Below are positions 40,366-53,800 of a DNA stretch of 64,000 nucleotides, piece by piece. Position numbers and translations under genes: made by a program. The DNA comes from Podarcis filfolensis (Eukaryota): the NCBI GenBank assembly GCA_964270895.1, contig OZ185442.1; one strand, 5' to 3'. Every line of letters begins with the position of its first letter. The stretch's first letter is position 1. The notes under the pieces were generated by a model that did no database searches, had not been told where the DNA came from, and saw only the letters and a program-made list of their open reading frames with translations.

Positions 40366-42567
40366 ACCCAAAGAGAAGTTTATTTTTTGAAAAAAAGGAA
40401 AAAAAAACACACACACACATACCCCATCGATCTCCAGTGTCTACCTGGACACAACACTGCACTTTTGCCATTGCAAAGAAGCCTGATTTTAACATTCATC
40501 ATATTAGAAACACTTTAAAAGCCATCATAAATTAGCTGATTAAAAACCTCACCATTGGTGTAGAATCATTGGCTTCAAATGAATTATATCAATGAACAGC
40601 TTCCCTGGAATGTCATCCAAAAATCAAAACCGAAACCAATAGCCCCTCTAAAATATATAAGAAAACCACCCAGCAATTAACACTGTCACTGATCCTCTGT
40701 CCTACTGAGTTTCTTAGGCTGAAAAGGCAACTCCTCTGTCTTCACCATGTTACTCCTGTTCACATAATATCTCTCCTTTTTTTCAACAGTCAGCCCTCTG
40801 GCTCCCTGTCAGAAATGCTTCATCTGCAGCTTTTCAGAAGCATTTCCATAGCTGGATTTTTACCGACACATATATTCTTGTACTATTGCAAATGGAGCTA
40901 TACACGTCACAACAACTACATTAAAATGTAGTGCATGTGCTCAAACACATTTTTTTTTAAAGCTTCTTTGCTGCCCACATTTCACACTCTTTGGTTCATT
41001 TTAGCTTTGTTTCTTTAAGCTTGAAAGCTTCCCCAGACCTAAAATACAACTGATTTTAACTACTTCATTTTTCTTGCCCTGAGACAATCCCATGTACCTG
41101 CTTATGGTTCTTTTCCTTGGAAACACTAAAGATCTTGCAGTTTCTGTAAAAAAACCAAGAGTTATAAGCTTCCCCACTACCCCACCTTCTGTCTACCAAG
41201 TGTTCAGCATCTGCACACACCAACGCCCACTTGCTGGGCAACGCCTGGTTCGAAAGAGCCTCCTCGGTATATTGCAAGCACTGAAATATGATAACCAAGT
41301 TAAATGGAGATGCAAAATGCAGAACCAGGAGATGGACACGCTCACTCACTGCGACACTTTTGAAAATGTCATTTAATAATTTTCTTTCTGAGCATTTGAA
41401 GGGTTGGAAGAACTTTGTCACAATCAAACTTTTAAAGCTACAACCTATTTTCCCCCAGACTGGTATGATCAATGCGTATAAGATTACAACAAAGGGGCAG
41501 CAAGCATAAAAATACCATACTTGATATTAATACATTAGGGTGGGGTGGGGTGAGGCAATTTGGAAGAATCAACAGATCTGAGACTTTAGGTGTCTACTTT
41601 AAATAGTTATCTCATACATTGCACCAAGACAGTCACCCATGAATCTTAAATTCAAATAAGACAAATTGCAACAATACCATTGGAAATTAATGAATCATTT
41701 GTTAAACAGATGATTAGACTGAGAAACAAATACTATTCCTCCTCTGACAGCGGGGCGGGGGGGAGAGAAGGAATCACTCTTGAGCAAAAAAAAAAGTTTT
41801 AAATAGGTGGTGATAAGGCTGGAATTAATTTCATTTCTGTTAAAACATTTGGCCTTATAAAAATGGTACATAATTAAAAATGGATATCGTTCCTAAACAC
41901 ATTATACAAATTAAATGTGTATAGAAATGTGATGTATGAAACATTATTTAACACAATCTACAAAACTTATTTAATAATAACCATGTATTTTATCAATTCC
42001 TGCTATAATAAGTGATTTATGTCCATTAATTATTGTAGGCTTGATGAAGAAACACTGCTTCTACAATAAATTCCCCATTTTAAACTTTTTCACACTTATG
42101 ACCATGAGACCAATGTGGTAAAGACACACAGAAGACAAAAGGTTTCCATTTTCCCTCATTCAACAGTATGCATATCCACACCCTCATTTTTTAAAATAAA
42201 AAATAAAATGCATACTCTCTTCTGTAGAATGTATGTGATATGTTAAAAAGACATGAAAGCTAAACATTTTAATCACAAACACACAAGACAACTGCAACCC
42301 AAAAACACCCAGAGCATGGTTTTAAAAGAAGCAAGCTGGACCTAGGGATTCTAGATGGGGATTTAGGTGTCTCCCCCTCCCACCTCCCCATACGTTGATT
42401 TACAGAGCTCATATTTGAACTCTGGTTCCCACCCTCTTCAGACAAAGGAAAATAATTTGCTATAAGACAGTGCAAAACTGCAAGAATAACTGAGGCATCT
42501 CCCACTTAGGGACAGTGGCAAGCTCCATCTTTGCATGAACATCTCATTGTCTCTCCTCTCTCTCATT

Positions 42568-42570
<3 letters not shown>

Positions 42571-42612
<42 letters not shown>
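42571..42612. repeat. (AT)21 microsatellite
   Basis: Perfect run. Confidence 0.98.
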
Positions 42613-42614
<2 letters not shown>

Positions 42615-42947
42615 GATTGCCAGACTGTCTCTGTAGCAATGCTCCCTTTTAAACCAGGCTTAACACACAACTGTTTGGTCAAAGAATGTTGCCACACAGC
42701 AACATCTGTGTGCCAAGCTAGTTGTCGCATTTCTCATGGAACAAGGAAAAGGGACCAGGCAACCGTCCAGTCTACACCTTAATGATTTTAAAGTACAACC
42801 TCTAAACTGGTTGGATGAATCCTTAACTGCCTGTACCACATCAAGAGATGTATAAAATAGAAACCTTTCTTTAGCTTAGCTTCTCCAATGAAGGTAGAAT
42901 ACTATGTTAAAGACAAAACCAAATCAGCCACTCCACAGAAATATGTG

Positions 42948-42951
<4 letters not shown>

Positions 42952-42982
<31 letters not shown>
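42952..42982. repeat. (CT)15 microsatellite
   Basis: Perfect run. Confidence 0.95.
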
Positions 42983-42985
<3 letters not shown>

Positions 42986-45499
42986 TGTTTTACATGGCTA
43001 AGAAATTCTAAGTTCAGAGTACTGACTCATGCCCAAAACCTAACAAGGTAAAAAGTGACTGACTATCAATTGTACTTAATTCAAACCACTTTCAGTGGGG
43101 GAGAGAAGCAGGAAATAAATAATAACTCTTTTATTTATTGACACCCTCCCTTAAAATTAGGGCTTCATCTATATATTTCACAACTGAATTTCTAAGAATA
43201 TAAAGCAAGTGTCTATACAAACTGGAACATATACAGATTTCCACCACAGTTATACCATAAATCCAATTTACAGATATTTCTCTTTGAAAAATCTACCACC
43301 CAAGGATGGTAATATCTTCAATGAAATCAGCAGGCTACACCTTAAAAATGTAGTACTCCTGACTTTTGCCTACATTTTAAGAAAATAAGCAGCAAAGGAT
43401 TCTAAGGAGGTGAATAAATGGATATATTTTAAAAGCAGACAACAGACGCCCCTCCCTTACAACTGTTTCAAAGGGAGAAGGGGAATTGGCAAAGCAAAAA
43501 TCTAATATTTTATTTTAAAATTATCACAGTTATTTTTCTAAATTAACTCCCAGTTTCTACATATTTAAAAACAATCCACATTTGTATCTTTCATTACCAC
43601 AGAAAAGAAACTGTTCAAGATTGAGTTCTTTGTGTGTTAAATATACACGCATTTAAACAAACAAACAATGTGTAAAATGCATTTCCTATCTTGTGGGCTA
43701 CAGAACGAGAAGTTACAAACCTTGTCGGGGTGAGTTGCAATACTTTAAATGCCTGGCATTTGGTTCCAGGCACCTCAAATCTTCCTGTATCAGAGCTCAC
43801 AGTTTTTCTTCTCAAGGGTGGGAAACCCCCTGCAAGCTCTGCTATGGCTGAGACAGTGAAGAGTCCAGCAAGACAATGAGAAAGCAGCTGTTCCCACAGT
43901 GGAACACCACTGCCAGCAAAGCAGCGGTGGCATTTGCTCAGGGCTGTCCTTCACCAAGGATAGGCAGCACTGGTGTGAAACCAGTTACTGAAGGGAGCGT
44001 TTATAGGTTACAGAAGGATACTTTATTGTTAATGGAATGTACCATGTAAGATTTAAGAGCGGGGAGGAGAGAAGGGAAGGAAAAGATGAGATGCAAGCAG
44101 AGAAAGATTTAACAAGGGTTTATTTTTCCCACCCCCACCCCCAAGCCACTGCAATTACTCCAATGTGAATTTTTGATGACTTCCGACATCTTGCATGGTT
44201 AATAACCGTTTCAGCTGTCATGTTTGGTTAATGTGGAAAATGCATTTCCTGCACTGGAGGTGCAGGGCTGTGGCTACACATTGCAACACCAGCTTGTAAA
44301 GCTATTCTCTTCACAAGCCGCCATGAATTTGCACAAAACACGAGGCTGCAATAAGGGACAGCCAGATCATCATTATTATATAGAAATGTGATTCTGCCAT
44401 CTTAAGACTCACAGAAGACTCTGGAACAATGTCTGCATTCTTATTTACACACTGATGGCTGGCGGTCTGATTGGCACCTTTGTTCACTAAAATATGTTGC
44501 TTGCATTCTTGACGAGGTTAGATCTGGGTGCTGCTGGGGTTCACTAAGAAGCCAAATAATATACACTGTCTGAGATGTACCTATGCATGTATTTTCTAAT
44601 TCACACACTCACATGCATTGCAGTCACACGTAGTGCACAAATCCATACGCGATATAATAACATTATTATTCTGCAGCGTGTATTTAACCTGAAACTAGTG
44701 ATTGTGGCTGGCTACAAAAGGGAGAAAATATGCCATGCAGAAAAAGGTTTCAAAAGCCAAACAAATGTTTCAGCAAGCGATAAGGCTGGGCGTGGTATGT
44801 TTAACATATGTCGGTCATCATGGGCATAGGAAATGCTATACGGCAGCAGCTACACAATTAAAATCAGGAATGTGGGGGATGCAACAGAACCAAGATTAAA
44901 GCATGCTGAAAGAGCCAGTCACCCCACAATTCAAGGCAGGCCAGCCTTTCCTGAGAGTCAGGTGATGGTGCCATCATTACAGTGCAGAAATCCAGAGAAG
45001 AATCGAGAAGTGGGTGTTTCCTCCTCCTCTCCATCTTGCCTCACCCAACCCTCATCATAAAGAAAAATAAGGAGCATTAACAGACGCAATTGCAAATGCG
45101 CAGGGTACAAGGCCACGATAAAGCATTTTACAAAGCACAGCTAATGGCCCAGAGCCCTCCATTAATGCACATGATATTCTTTATCAATGCAGCTAGTGAA
45201 CTTCATAAGCTGAACTAAAGGGTTTTTAAAAAATAAAAAAATACAGCCGTACATTAAAATTGCATTCAATGGTGTATCAATTGTGCCAAACCACTACACA
45301 CTGGCAATACCTGATAAAATATTTTCTTTGTTTATTGGATTTAAAATCTGCCCCATCCACATGGGTTTAGGGAACGTACTTTATGAAATACAACAGTAAA
45401 CCATAAAAGATCACAAAACAATACCCAAAACCATAGACATTTTAAAGATATATTCCTAATGTAGCCCGCACATATGTTCACCCACAGAAAACATCTCTA

Positions 45500-45740
45500 T
45501 GTGCTTTTGAATTAGTCCAACATACTGTATTGCATATTTAATGAGGGCTCTACCAGATGAAGAAAATCAAGTCGGAGATAGGCAGGAAGCCACTCCTTGA
45601 AGTGTCCAAAACCATTTTGGGCTTTGTGGGTCAAAGCTAGCATCTCAAATTGTGCCCTATTAATGAAATTAGTTAGTGTGGATGGGAGAAATAAGCCACT
45701 AGGGAGCAATCTCCATTGGAAGGCAGGTGTTAAGAGTCCT
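45500..45740 (-). mobile_element. L2 LINE 3' fragment
   Basis: Minus frame RAQFEMLALTHKAQNG.. resembles the L2 ORF2 C-terminus. Boundaries approximate. Confidence 0.5.
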
Positions 45741-45969
45741 AAAGATTTGTTCTTTTTCCACAATCATGCTTTGTAAGACAAGAATAAATTATAGTATAGT
45801 TCAGCCGGAAGAATGGCAAACTTGGATAACCAAGTTCAAATTCCAGCTAGGTTGCAGGCTTGTGGTTTTGAGCGACCGATTCCCTCTCAGTTGCAGTTTT
45901 GGAGAAGTGAGTGTGCGTTTGAAGGAAAGGGGGAGAAATAGAATAACATACTATCACCCAAGCACATGC

Positions 45970-46000
45970 AGAGAGAGAGAGAGGAGAGAGAGAGAGGAGA

Positions 46001-46052
<52 letters not shown>
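45970..46052. repeat. interrupted (GA)n microsatellite
   Basis: About 80-bp purine-only GA run. Confidence 0.97.
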
Positions 46053-47071
46053 CACACAAGCCAGAGACCAATTTAAAATCTGACTTTCAGACTGAGTGTC
46101 TGGCTTCCACTTTGGAACTGAATTATGAGATATTGGGGTGGGCTGCAGCAACTGGCAAGGCTTCATGAGTGGCAAACAGTAGAAAAAGCCTTGTGAAGTT
46201 AAGTGAAATATAGAATTATAAATGTTATGTTTCCTGGTTGCCATAAAGTTACAGTATGTGCTTAGTAATTTGGGCATTTCAATGTCAAAGGCCAAGTAGG
46301 GACTGCCTGCCTGAGACTGGTTCTCAGGCTACACAAGCATCCAAGTGGTCTCTTCATTGCTGCACTTTTGTCCTTTGAAATTAGCAACACCTGAGTGCTG
46401 GCTCACTTTGCTGCGACAAGGAACAATCCTAGGGGAGCAGTTCCTTTATCACTGCGAGAAGCCAAACCCTCCTTGTTTCAGATCAAACAGATGCTGTACT
46501 CAGAAGCTGGAACCTTGTACCAGCAGTCTCAGGGGTGAGAGTTGGGTATCTCTTACACAGAGATTCTCAAAAGGGGAATCCAACTAGAAGCCATTTCAGG
46601 AAAAGCTGTCTAGTTTCAGGTGAAACAGAGACAGGAAGAAGACCATCTCCTTTAAAAAGATCTAACTCAAGTGTTTATCTTTTTTATTCTAAGGGGTTCA
46701 GTTAGCGCACAAGTCTTCTACAATGGCAAATGTTTTTGCAATTCATACGCAGGACTGTAGATATCCTGAACAAAAGAGGGGTGATCTAGTTTCTATATGC
46801 AATAAACACAACACCAAATTCTGTAACCAAATCCACTATGCAAACAAAGCAAATCCGTATTTTCTGCATAATTTCTTCTGATTTTTCTCAAGGCCACCCA
46901 CAAGACTGCTGGGGCCAGGAATAGAAAAGGAGAGGAGACCATGAGTGTTGCTCACAGGTCGGGTGCACAGGGTACTCTGGGCAGATGGGAAGTGGAGATG
47001 GAAAAGAGGCCCCTATGAAGAAGCACATAGACTAAAATTAAATGAACTCCATGGGATGAGCACTGCCTATT

Positions 47072-47225
47072 AGAGGCAGAGCACATGATTTGAATGCAGA
47101 AGGTCCCAAGTTCAAACCCTGGCCATTCCAGTTAAAAGATTTCATATATCAGGGCCAGGAATTTCCTCCTCCTGGGACCTTGGAGAGCCACTACCAATCA
47201 GAATAAACAGCAAACAACTTGACAG
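47072..47225 (+). mobile_element. tRNA(Ala)-derived SINE
   Basis: ggcagagcacatgatttgaatgcagaaggtcccaagttcaaaccctggc head and ccttggagagccactaccaatcag body as at 24840-25005. Confidence 0.7.
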
Positions 47226-47242
47226 ACCAACTGTTATTTCTA

Positions 47243-47920
47243 TATGAAACCACTGGGAGAGATCATCAGGGAGACAGGGCTGAGCGTTCACCAGTATGCA
47301 GATGATACCCAACTCTACCTTTCATTTAAATCACAACTAGTGAAGACAGTGAACGTCCTGTGTGAGGGTCTGGATGCAGTTGGAGGTTGGATCGAGGTTG
47401 AATCTCGACAAGATAGAAGTACTGTTTCTGAGGGACAGGGGTCAGGCAGGTCTGGGGGACTTCCTGGTCCTGAATGGGGTAACTGTACCCCTAAAGAACC
47501 AAGTGCACAGTCTTGGGGTCTTTCTGGACTCTCAGCTGTCCATGGTGGTGCAGGTCAATACACTCTACATGGGGTTACCTTTGAAGGTGACTCAGAAACT
47601 ACAATCAACCCAGAATGTGACCACCAGACTGATGACTGGGAGCAGCCACCAGAGACCATATAACACCAGTCCTAAAAGATCTACATTGTTTCCCAGTGCA
47701 TTTCTGAGTACAATTCAAAGTGCTGGTGTTGACCTTCAAAGCACCAAACAGCTTCTGCCCTGTATACCTGAAGGAGCATCCCCACCCCCATCATTCAGCC
47801 CAGGCACTAAGGTCCAGTTCTGAGGGCCTTCCGGTAGTTCCCTCATTGTGAGAAGAAGGTACGGGGAACCAAGCAGAAGGCCTTCTCGGGAGTGGTGCCC
47901 ACCTTGTGGAATGCCCTCCC
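47243..47920 (+). mobile_element. L2 LINE ORF2 fragment (frameshifted, internally deleted)
   Basis: HQYADDTQLYLSF RT motif, LNLDKIEVL, V.SLGVFLDSQLSM, and L2 C-terminal AFSGVVPTLWNALP-like motif. Confidence 0.9.
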
Positions 47921-48028
47921 ATCTAAGAGATAACAATTATTATCTAAGAGATAACAATTATATATCTATATTCTATAGATACATAGAATATATCTATTCT
48001 ATAGATAACTGAAGGCATAGAGCTTGGT

Positions 48029-48030
<2 letters not shown>

Positions 48031-48069
<39 letters not shown>

Positions 48070-48145
48070 AATTTATTTATTTATATCCCACCCTTCCCAG
48101 CCAAAGCTGGGCTCAGAGCGGCTAACAACAGTAAAAATAAGCTGT
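48031..48145 (-). mobile_element. L2-like 3' tail with (CAT)13 microsatellite
   Basis: Minus strand: ttagccgctctgagcccag..gggaagggtgggatataaataaataaatt(ATG)n; (CAT)13 at 48031-48069. Confidence 0.7.
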
Positions 48146-50679
48146 GAAAACATTCCCACCATACAAGTGGGTATTCCAACCATGATATCCTGGCTGTGAG
48201 TCCTGGAAGACCTGCTCCCTTTCTTGCAGGCCTTTTCCGTTCTAGCCTGGGTGACGTTCTACCCTGACTGACTCCAGCTACAAAAGGGCCGAAGGCCATG
48301 TTTGCAGACTCAGCTGACTGAGCTTCCACAGCTGCCACCTGCCATGAATCACCACTGGCAGCAACAGCAGTAGGTATATTCTATGCTTAATATTTTATTC
48401 TCTTGCTAATTATATTTTAAATGTGCATTATATATTTGACTTTGTTTAGTAATGTTTTCTTTTGAAATAAATACTTTTTTGTTAACTTTGCTGCGTTAAA
48501 TATGCATTCTGGAACTGACTTCTTTTGCAATGTTTTATTTTGAAATTTTTCAGGTGATATTGATTTGAATGTATACTTTATATTTGACTTTCTTCTGCAG
48601 TGTTTTATTTTGGATTGTTTTTATTTGATGTTTTAGGGTAGGTTGTAAAGTGCTTTCTTAAAAATATAAATTAGTAGAGAAATGAAATGAATAATAAATA
48701 ATTAATAAAACGAAGAGCTTCTTATGGTGTCCCAACCTAGATTCAGACATCACAAGCTTCTTTACCTGCTTGTGCAAATGGGGCCACAAAGTGAAAATAT
48801 TTGAGCTATGAACACTAGCTTGCAACATATTTACAATATGGCTGACGAAACTTGCTTTATATATTAGCATTATTATGTGCAAACACGGCTACTATAAAAC
48901 ACAACATATCTCAGGACAAGCAACTGTAAATACAATCAGAGTGGTACATTCTAATGAATGAATGACGTATGGTCAAGCAGACTAAAACAAAAATAATGTT
49001 GTGAGATAGAAATTTTTATGCACTTGGTTTGCAGGGTTGCCCCAATCCTTAATCTAGCAGGCAGCAGAAAAACCAAACCAAACCAAAAAATATCAAGCAG
49101 CCACCAGCACTGATGCCTGAAGCCAGACTTTGCTGGCAAAGCTTAGCCCACTGCTGCATAAACAGAATGGAGCATTTTCCCTTTGAATTTGGCAGAAGTT
49201 ACAAGGGATAATGATCAGGTCTAAAGGCGATGACAGTTCTGCAAACCACTGCCTTGCAAGCATGTGGCGCAGTGGACTGCAGTGTAGACATGTCCTATAC
49301 AGCAGAGAGTGATACCCTTCCCACAGCAGTCTGGGAGGGAAGGTGAGGAGTTTCCTCCTTTAAGTGGCAGTAAAGATTGGCACTCAGACGGGCTGTGCTG
49401 ATTCTGCCACGAAAATCCCACTCACCAATTAATGGTGTCTTTTGCCTGGCTGAATGGAGAGCTCACTCACAATTCAGCAGCCTGACAGAATGCTGGCTTT
49501 TATACACACACAAGGAAAAAGCAGGAATCGGTTTTAATTAGGAGTTTTTTAACAAACAACCTAGGGTATTAATTGTGCTCTTGCCATCAAGTGATAATTG
49601 AGATGTAATCAAACAAAGAGTAACAAGTGTCCATTATCCAAAGGATTGCGTTGTTGAAGGTTTGGTCTAAGAGGAATTTGTTGGCCTGTTTGTATGGGGA
49701 GGGGTTTTCTTCCCAAATAAAGAAGTGCGGTGAATATTCAAAACCTTTTCAGCCTCTGCACAGACAAAGAAAAACAAGGATCATTTTAAAAACATCAGCT
49801 CAATGTTAAGGTGGCTGGCTTGGCAAAGTGCAACTATGGTGGCTTTGAAAGGGCCAAGGAGGACTAAGGGCTTGATCCCAGGCTCTGTTGCACATGAGGC
49901 ACAGAAGGGTCAAGGGCTCTGGCTCCTTCTCCCATGCAAGCAGGCAGATCCACTCCTACCCCTTTCCCAGCTGAAGAAGTTGCTGCTTCTTTTATTTGAG
50001 GGAGGGGAAATTTCCTTGTGCCACAGAGGCTCAGAGCCGGCAAAAAGTGAAACAGGGAAAGTGGTGCTCGTCTGATTCCAGAAGGAAGCAAGGTAGGATA
50101 GTGCTGGTCTGCTCAGCTTTCCTTGCACAGGATGCTGCAGTAGAAGTCTCTGCTTGTGTTGCAACAGCTACAGGAGTGCGTACGATCAAGCAGCAAGTCT
50201 TATGTTTTGCACTGCGTATTAATCCTTCTGCAAATCATGTACAAAGACAAACACACAACTCTGGGTTTTTAATTCAGAACCCTGACCTGGCCAACATCTT
50301 TCCACCAGGCAACTGCAAGAGCAGAGGCAAGCCAAACTGAAATCCCTCATATTACAAGGCACTGCCCTGTAGAAGTCAAACGAAAGCTACATTAAAATGG
50401 CTCTCAGTCAGACTGTTTAAACAGAATACAAGGCTTTTGCCATGGTAAGCCAATGCTTTTTTAGCTCCCCCTCTCCCTCTCATTCACACACATATACCAC
50501 TTTTGAGTTAACAGCATTTTTATTATCATCACCCTGTCTAGGAACAGAATCCCCAGAGATGTGAAATTCCCAAGATGCCCATCACCAAAGCATATAAGCA
50601 GCACCACCAACTGCTTTTGTTAGCCTAATCTTGGGGTCTTTAATAATGTCAAAAAGAACCCATTTATAACATCTGCACT

Positions 50680-50815
50680 TAAGGTGGGAAATCTGTGGCC
50701 CTCCAGATATTTAGATTACAACTCCCCTTTTCCCTGCCCACTGGACATCCTGTCTAAGGCTGATAGGAGTTGTAGTCCAACAATATTGAGAGAGCCACAG
50801 GGTCCCGACCACTGC
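50680..50815. mobile_element. palindromic hAT MITE copy (diverged)
   Basis: gtggccctccagatatttagattacaactccc...ggagttgtagtccaacaat..gccacagg core as in 19631-19766. Confidence 0.6.
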
Positions 50816-53800
50816 TTTGAGCAAACATTTAGATATATTGGGTTGAAAATAATAAACCCCAAACCAACCTAACCTCCCCATGCCTCCAATGTTTAGCTAT
50901 GCTATCCCTTTCACATGGGCAACAAAGCGCCTTGCACATGGTCCCAGTTCTTAGTTAAAGCCCCTTAAAAGGTACATCAACTGTTTGCTTTAATAATGTC
51001 TCTTGAGTTCTCTTCCTAGAAAAAGAGAACGGATATACCACCACCCTCCAATTGTAGGACAAGTCAGCACAAATGAATATTACTCCACTTTAATATGAAT
51101 TTAAATGACCGCACTGACCTTTAGACAGCTAATTTGATCTTGTAGGCTTTAAAACAAAATCTTAACAGCTGCATTCAGAGGACTGGTTAAAGTTTGTAAC
51201 CGTTTTTCAGATCCTTCCCCCGCCTCCCTTCTGCTTTTAAAAGTCAGCTTTACCAAATCTAATAATTATAGGCAGCTGCAAGCGCATCTCACTGGCAGCC
51301 TGGTTAACAAAGGGAAGCAGAGAGGAGAGCCTGACAAATGGGGTTAGAAAGAACTGCCTTGGTGCTGACCACAAATTACTTCCCAGGTAGAGCCAGGAAG
51401 AAAGCAGCAGGAGTCATTATGGGTGTGGGTAGGTGTGTACACCCCCCCCCCACGGAATGGACAGGCACCCACCTTTCCATTTTACTGACTCATAGCAAGA
51501 GCCTGGTAATTAATGGTCTTAATCCACTACTAGACATTGAGAAAAATCTCCTCAATACAGTCCAACAATGCATTCACTTCAGTGGAAATAAAGCTTCAAG
51601 CTACCAGTAATTGTAATCCTTCTGCACTAACCATGCAGAAAGCAATTAAATCCAGCTATTTCTCTTTCTCTTAGGGCCATTTCACCCCACAAATGGTCCC
51701 AAGAAAGGGCTGCTCCAAATTATTGAAATTTATACCCTACATTATAGAATGTAGGCCTGGAGGATAAATTTGGTTTAATTCACACTTCCCAAAACAATAC
51801 ATAAACTAAAACACAGCTGTCTTTTGAAATGCATCCTTCTAAGAATCTTACAATACAATTCTCCAATCAAACACTGTTCATGCAAAAAGGTGCATATTGG
51901 GGGGAATTGTTAAAATCCATACCTTGGTGGGTACATTAAGAGAAATGTGTACTACATTGTTGCAAAACTTCAAGATGATTTTTTTTTTAATTACAAAGTG
52001 ATGCAGAAAGGTGGTGAATGGAACTTAAGACTGTAAAATGAAAAAACGAGACACAACAAAATCAATAGATTTGTCTGTCTATAGCAGAATGTGAAGGCAC
52101 CTGGTGAGTACATTGAGAAATGGTGTAAAATCGCTGTAAATGGTGTAAAATAGTTTTCCCCACCCAGGAAAAAACAGTCGTTTTTTTCTCATGGCTTCAA
52201 CGTTTCTGGAAATTTTACATCTATAGTTTCCAAGATATTAACTGAAGTGAGTTTCAGCACTCTCAGAGCTTAGACCAACATCTAACACCACCTTTTGTTC
52301 TCAGATGCAAAGGCAACACTTTAGGTGCTAAGTACTTGTACAAATATACTGCTTAAGTGACTACTGTTCCTTTTTCAGTTGAGGAGGATGGGGACCTAGG
52401 CATCATCCATGTGACCTCCTAGGTGCCCCACCAGGTCTGGGTTCCACCACTTGACTATCAAGATCTCCAGTGTAACGATGGCACATGGCACCAGAACCTA
52501 AATCATTTCAGTGGATTGGGGCCTGGTACAAGCCATGTGCACCCTGGGATATATTCTCCTCCTCCCTGTTACCTGACCCCAGCTCTGACCCTTTTGTCTC
52601 TATGAAATGCTATGTGGCATGAACACAGGGATCCTGGCTTTAATTGCAGCAGAACAACCTGGAAATAACATTGACAATGATTCTGAGCTGGAGAACGGTC
52701 ATGCCAAAACTAGTTTTAGATACAACCGTACATCACTCAAGCCTGGCCCTGAAACTGTATGACTAATAGTTGGCATTTATTTTTTTCCATGCTAACCACT
52801 ACATCCATGATGAAAATGTGAAAACTACCTGCTTAGAAACCTATGATTCACAACAGATATGGCCTGCACCAATTCAAATAAAAGGGAGGGGGAGAGGGTT
52901 ACGCCCAAGGGTTAAGACAGAATGCCCACCTCTGTAATAGAAAATGTTTTTAATTAGAAAAAGGGTTTAAAGAATGCAATCAAATTCTTGCCCTTTCAGG
53001 TCTACCGAGACACCTATTAATTCACCCTCCTGCAGATAGTTTATTATCTCTTGCAGCAGCAAGTAACTAAAGAAGTAGAGCAGAGTGACCCAAATTGGCA
53101 TTGTAATTATTTAAGCCTATAAATAGTCATTGTCATTGCATAAATTAAAATGCTATATGGTAATGCCCTCTTTCTGGCTGTGCTGAAGTATGTTGGCACA
53201 TAATATGATACAATACGATCAATAGAGCAATTCAAATATGCAGACCTTATTAATCACACCTGCTTAGTAGCTGAAAAACCATGTGTTTACATGCCTTTTT
53301 TGTTAGCGTAAATACTGACTGCAATATATATAATTTTCTAATGTTCATACAAAATCAGCCTTAAACTATCCAATGTAACAAAGTATTCTATATCTTATAC
53401 ATATTGATACAACAAAATGAGAGCATTCTAGCTTACACATTGTGAGAGATTACCTATTTTTTATTTTTATTATCATTGATTATTATTGATTACTAACTAA
53501 TAAAGTCAAAGATGCCAGAAACAATGTCTTTCAATTACCCAGTACTGGCAAGGCAGCACACAACAGTGGTGTCACCACCAACAGGGCCTCCACTGCCAAT
53601 CATAAAGCCCAATATTGTTGATACTGAAAATATGCCAACGTCACTCAAGAGTAGTGGGGAAGATAGGCCAAGACATTGTTGTTCTGGATTTCACTTTGCC
53701 CACAAGATCACCAGCACCTCCTCATCAGGGACAGCTTAAACATTACCCACATAAGATCACTCCCACTTGAGCCAGCAAGTCTTGCCTATATTGCGTTCTA

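Noticed and set aside
44284-44294. 11-nt match to the 5' end of miR-138 (AGCTGGTGTTG on the minus strand)
   Set aside because: No precursor-like hairpin around it, intronic, and the wrong strand to be a target in NUP93 RNA; marginally above chance.
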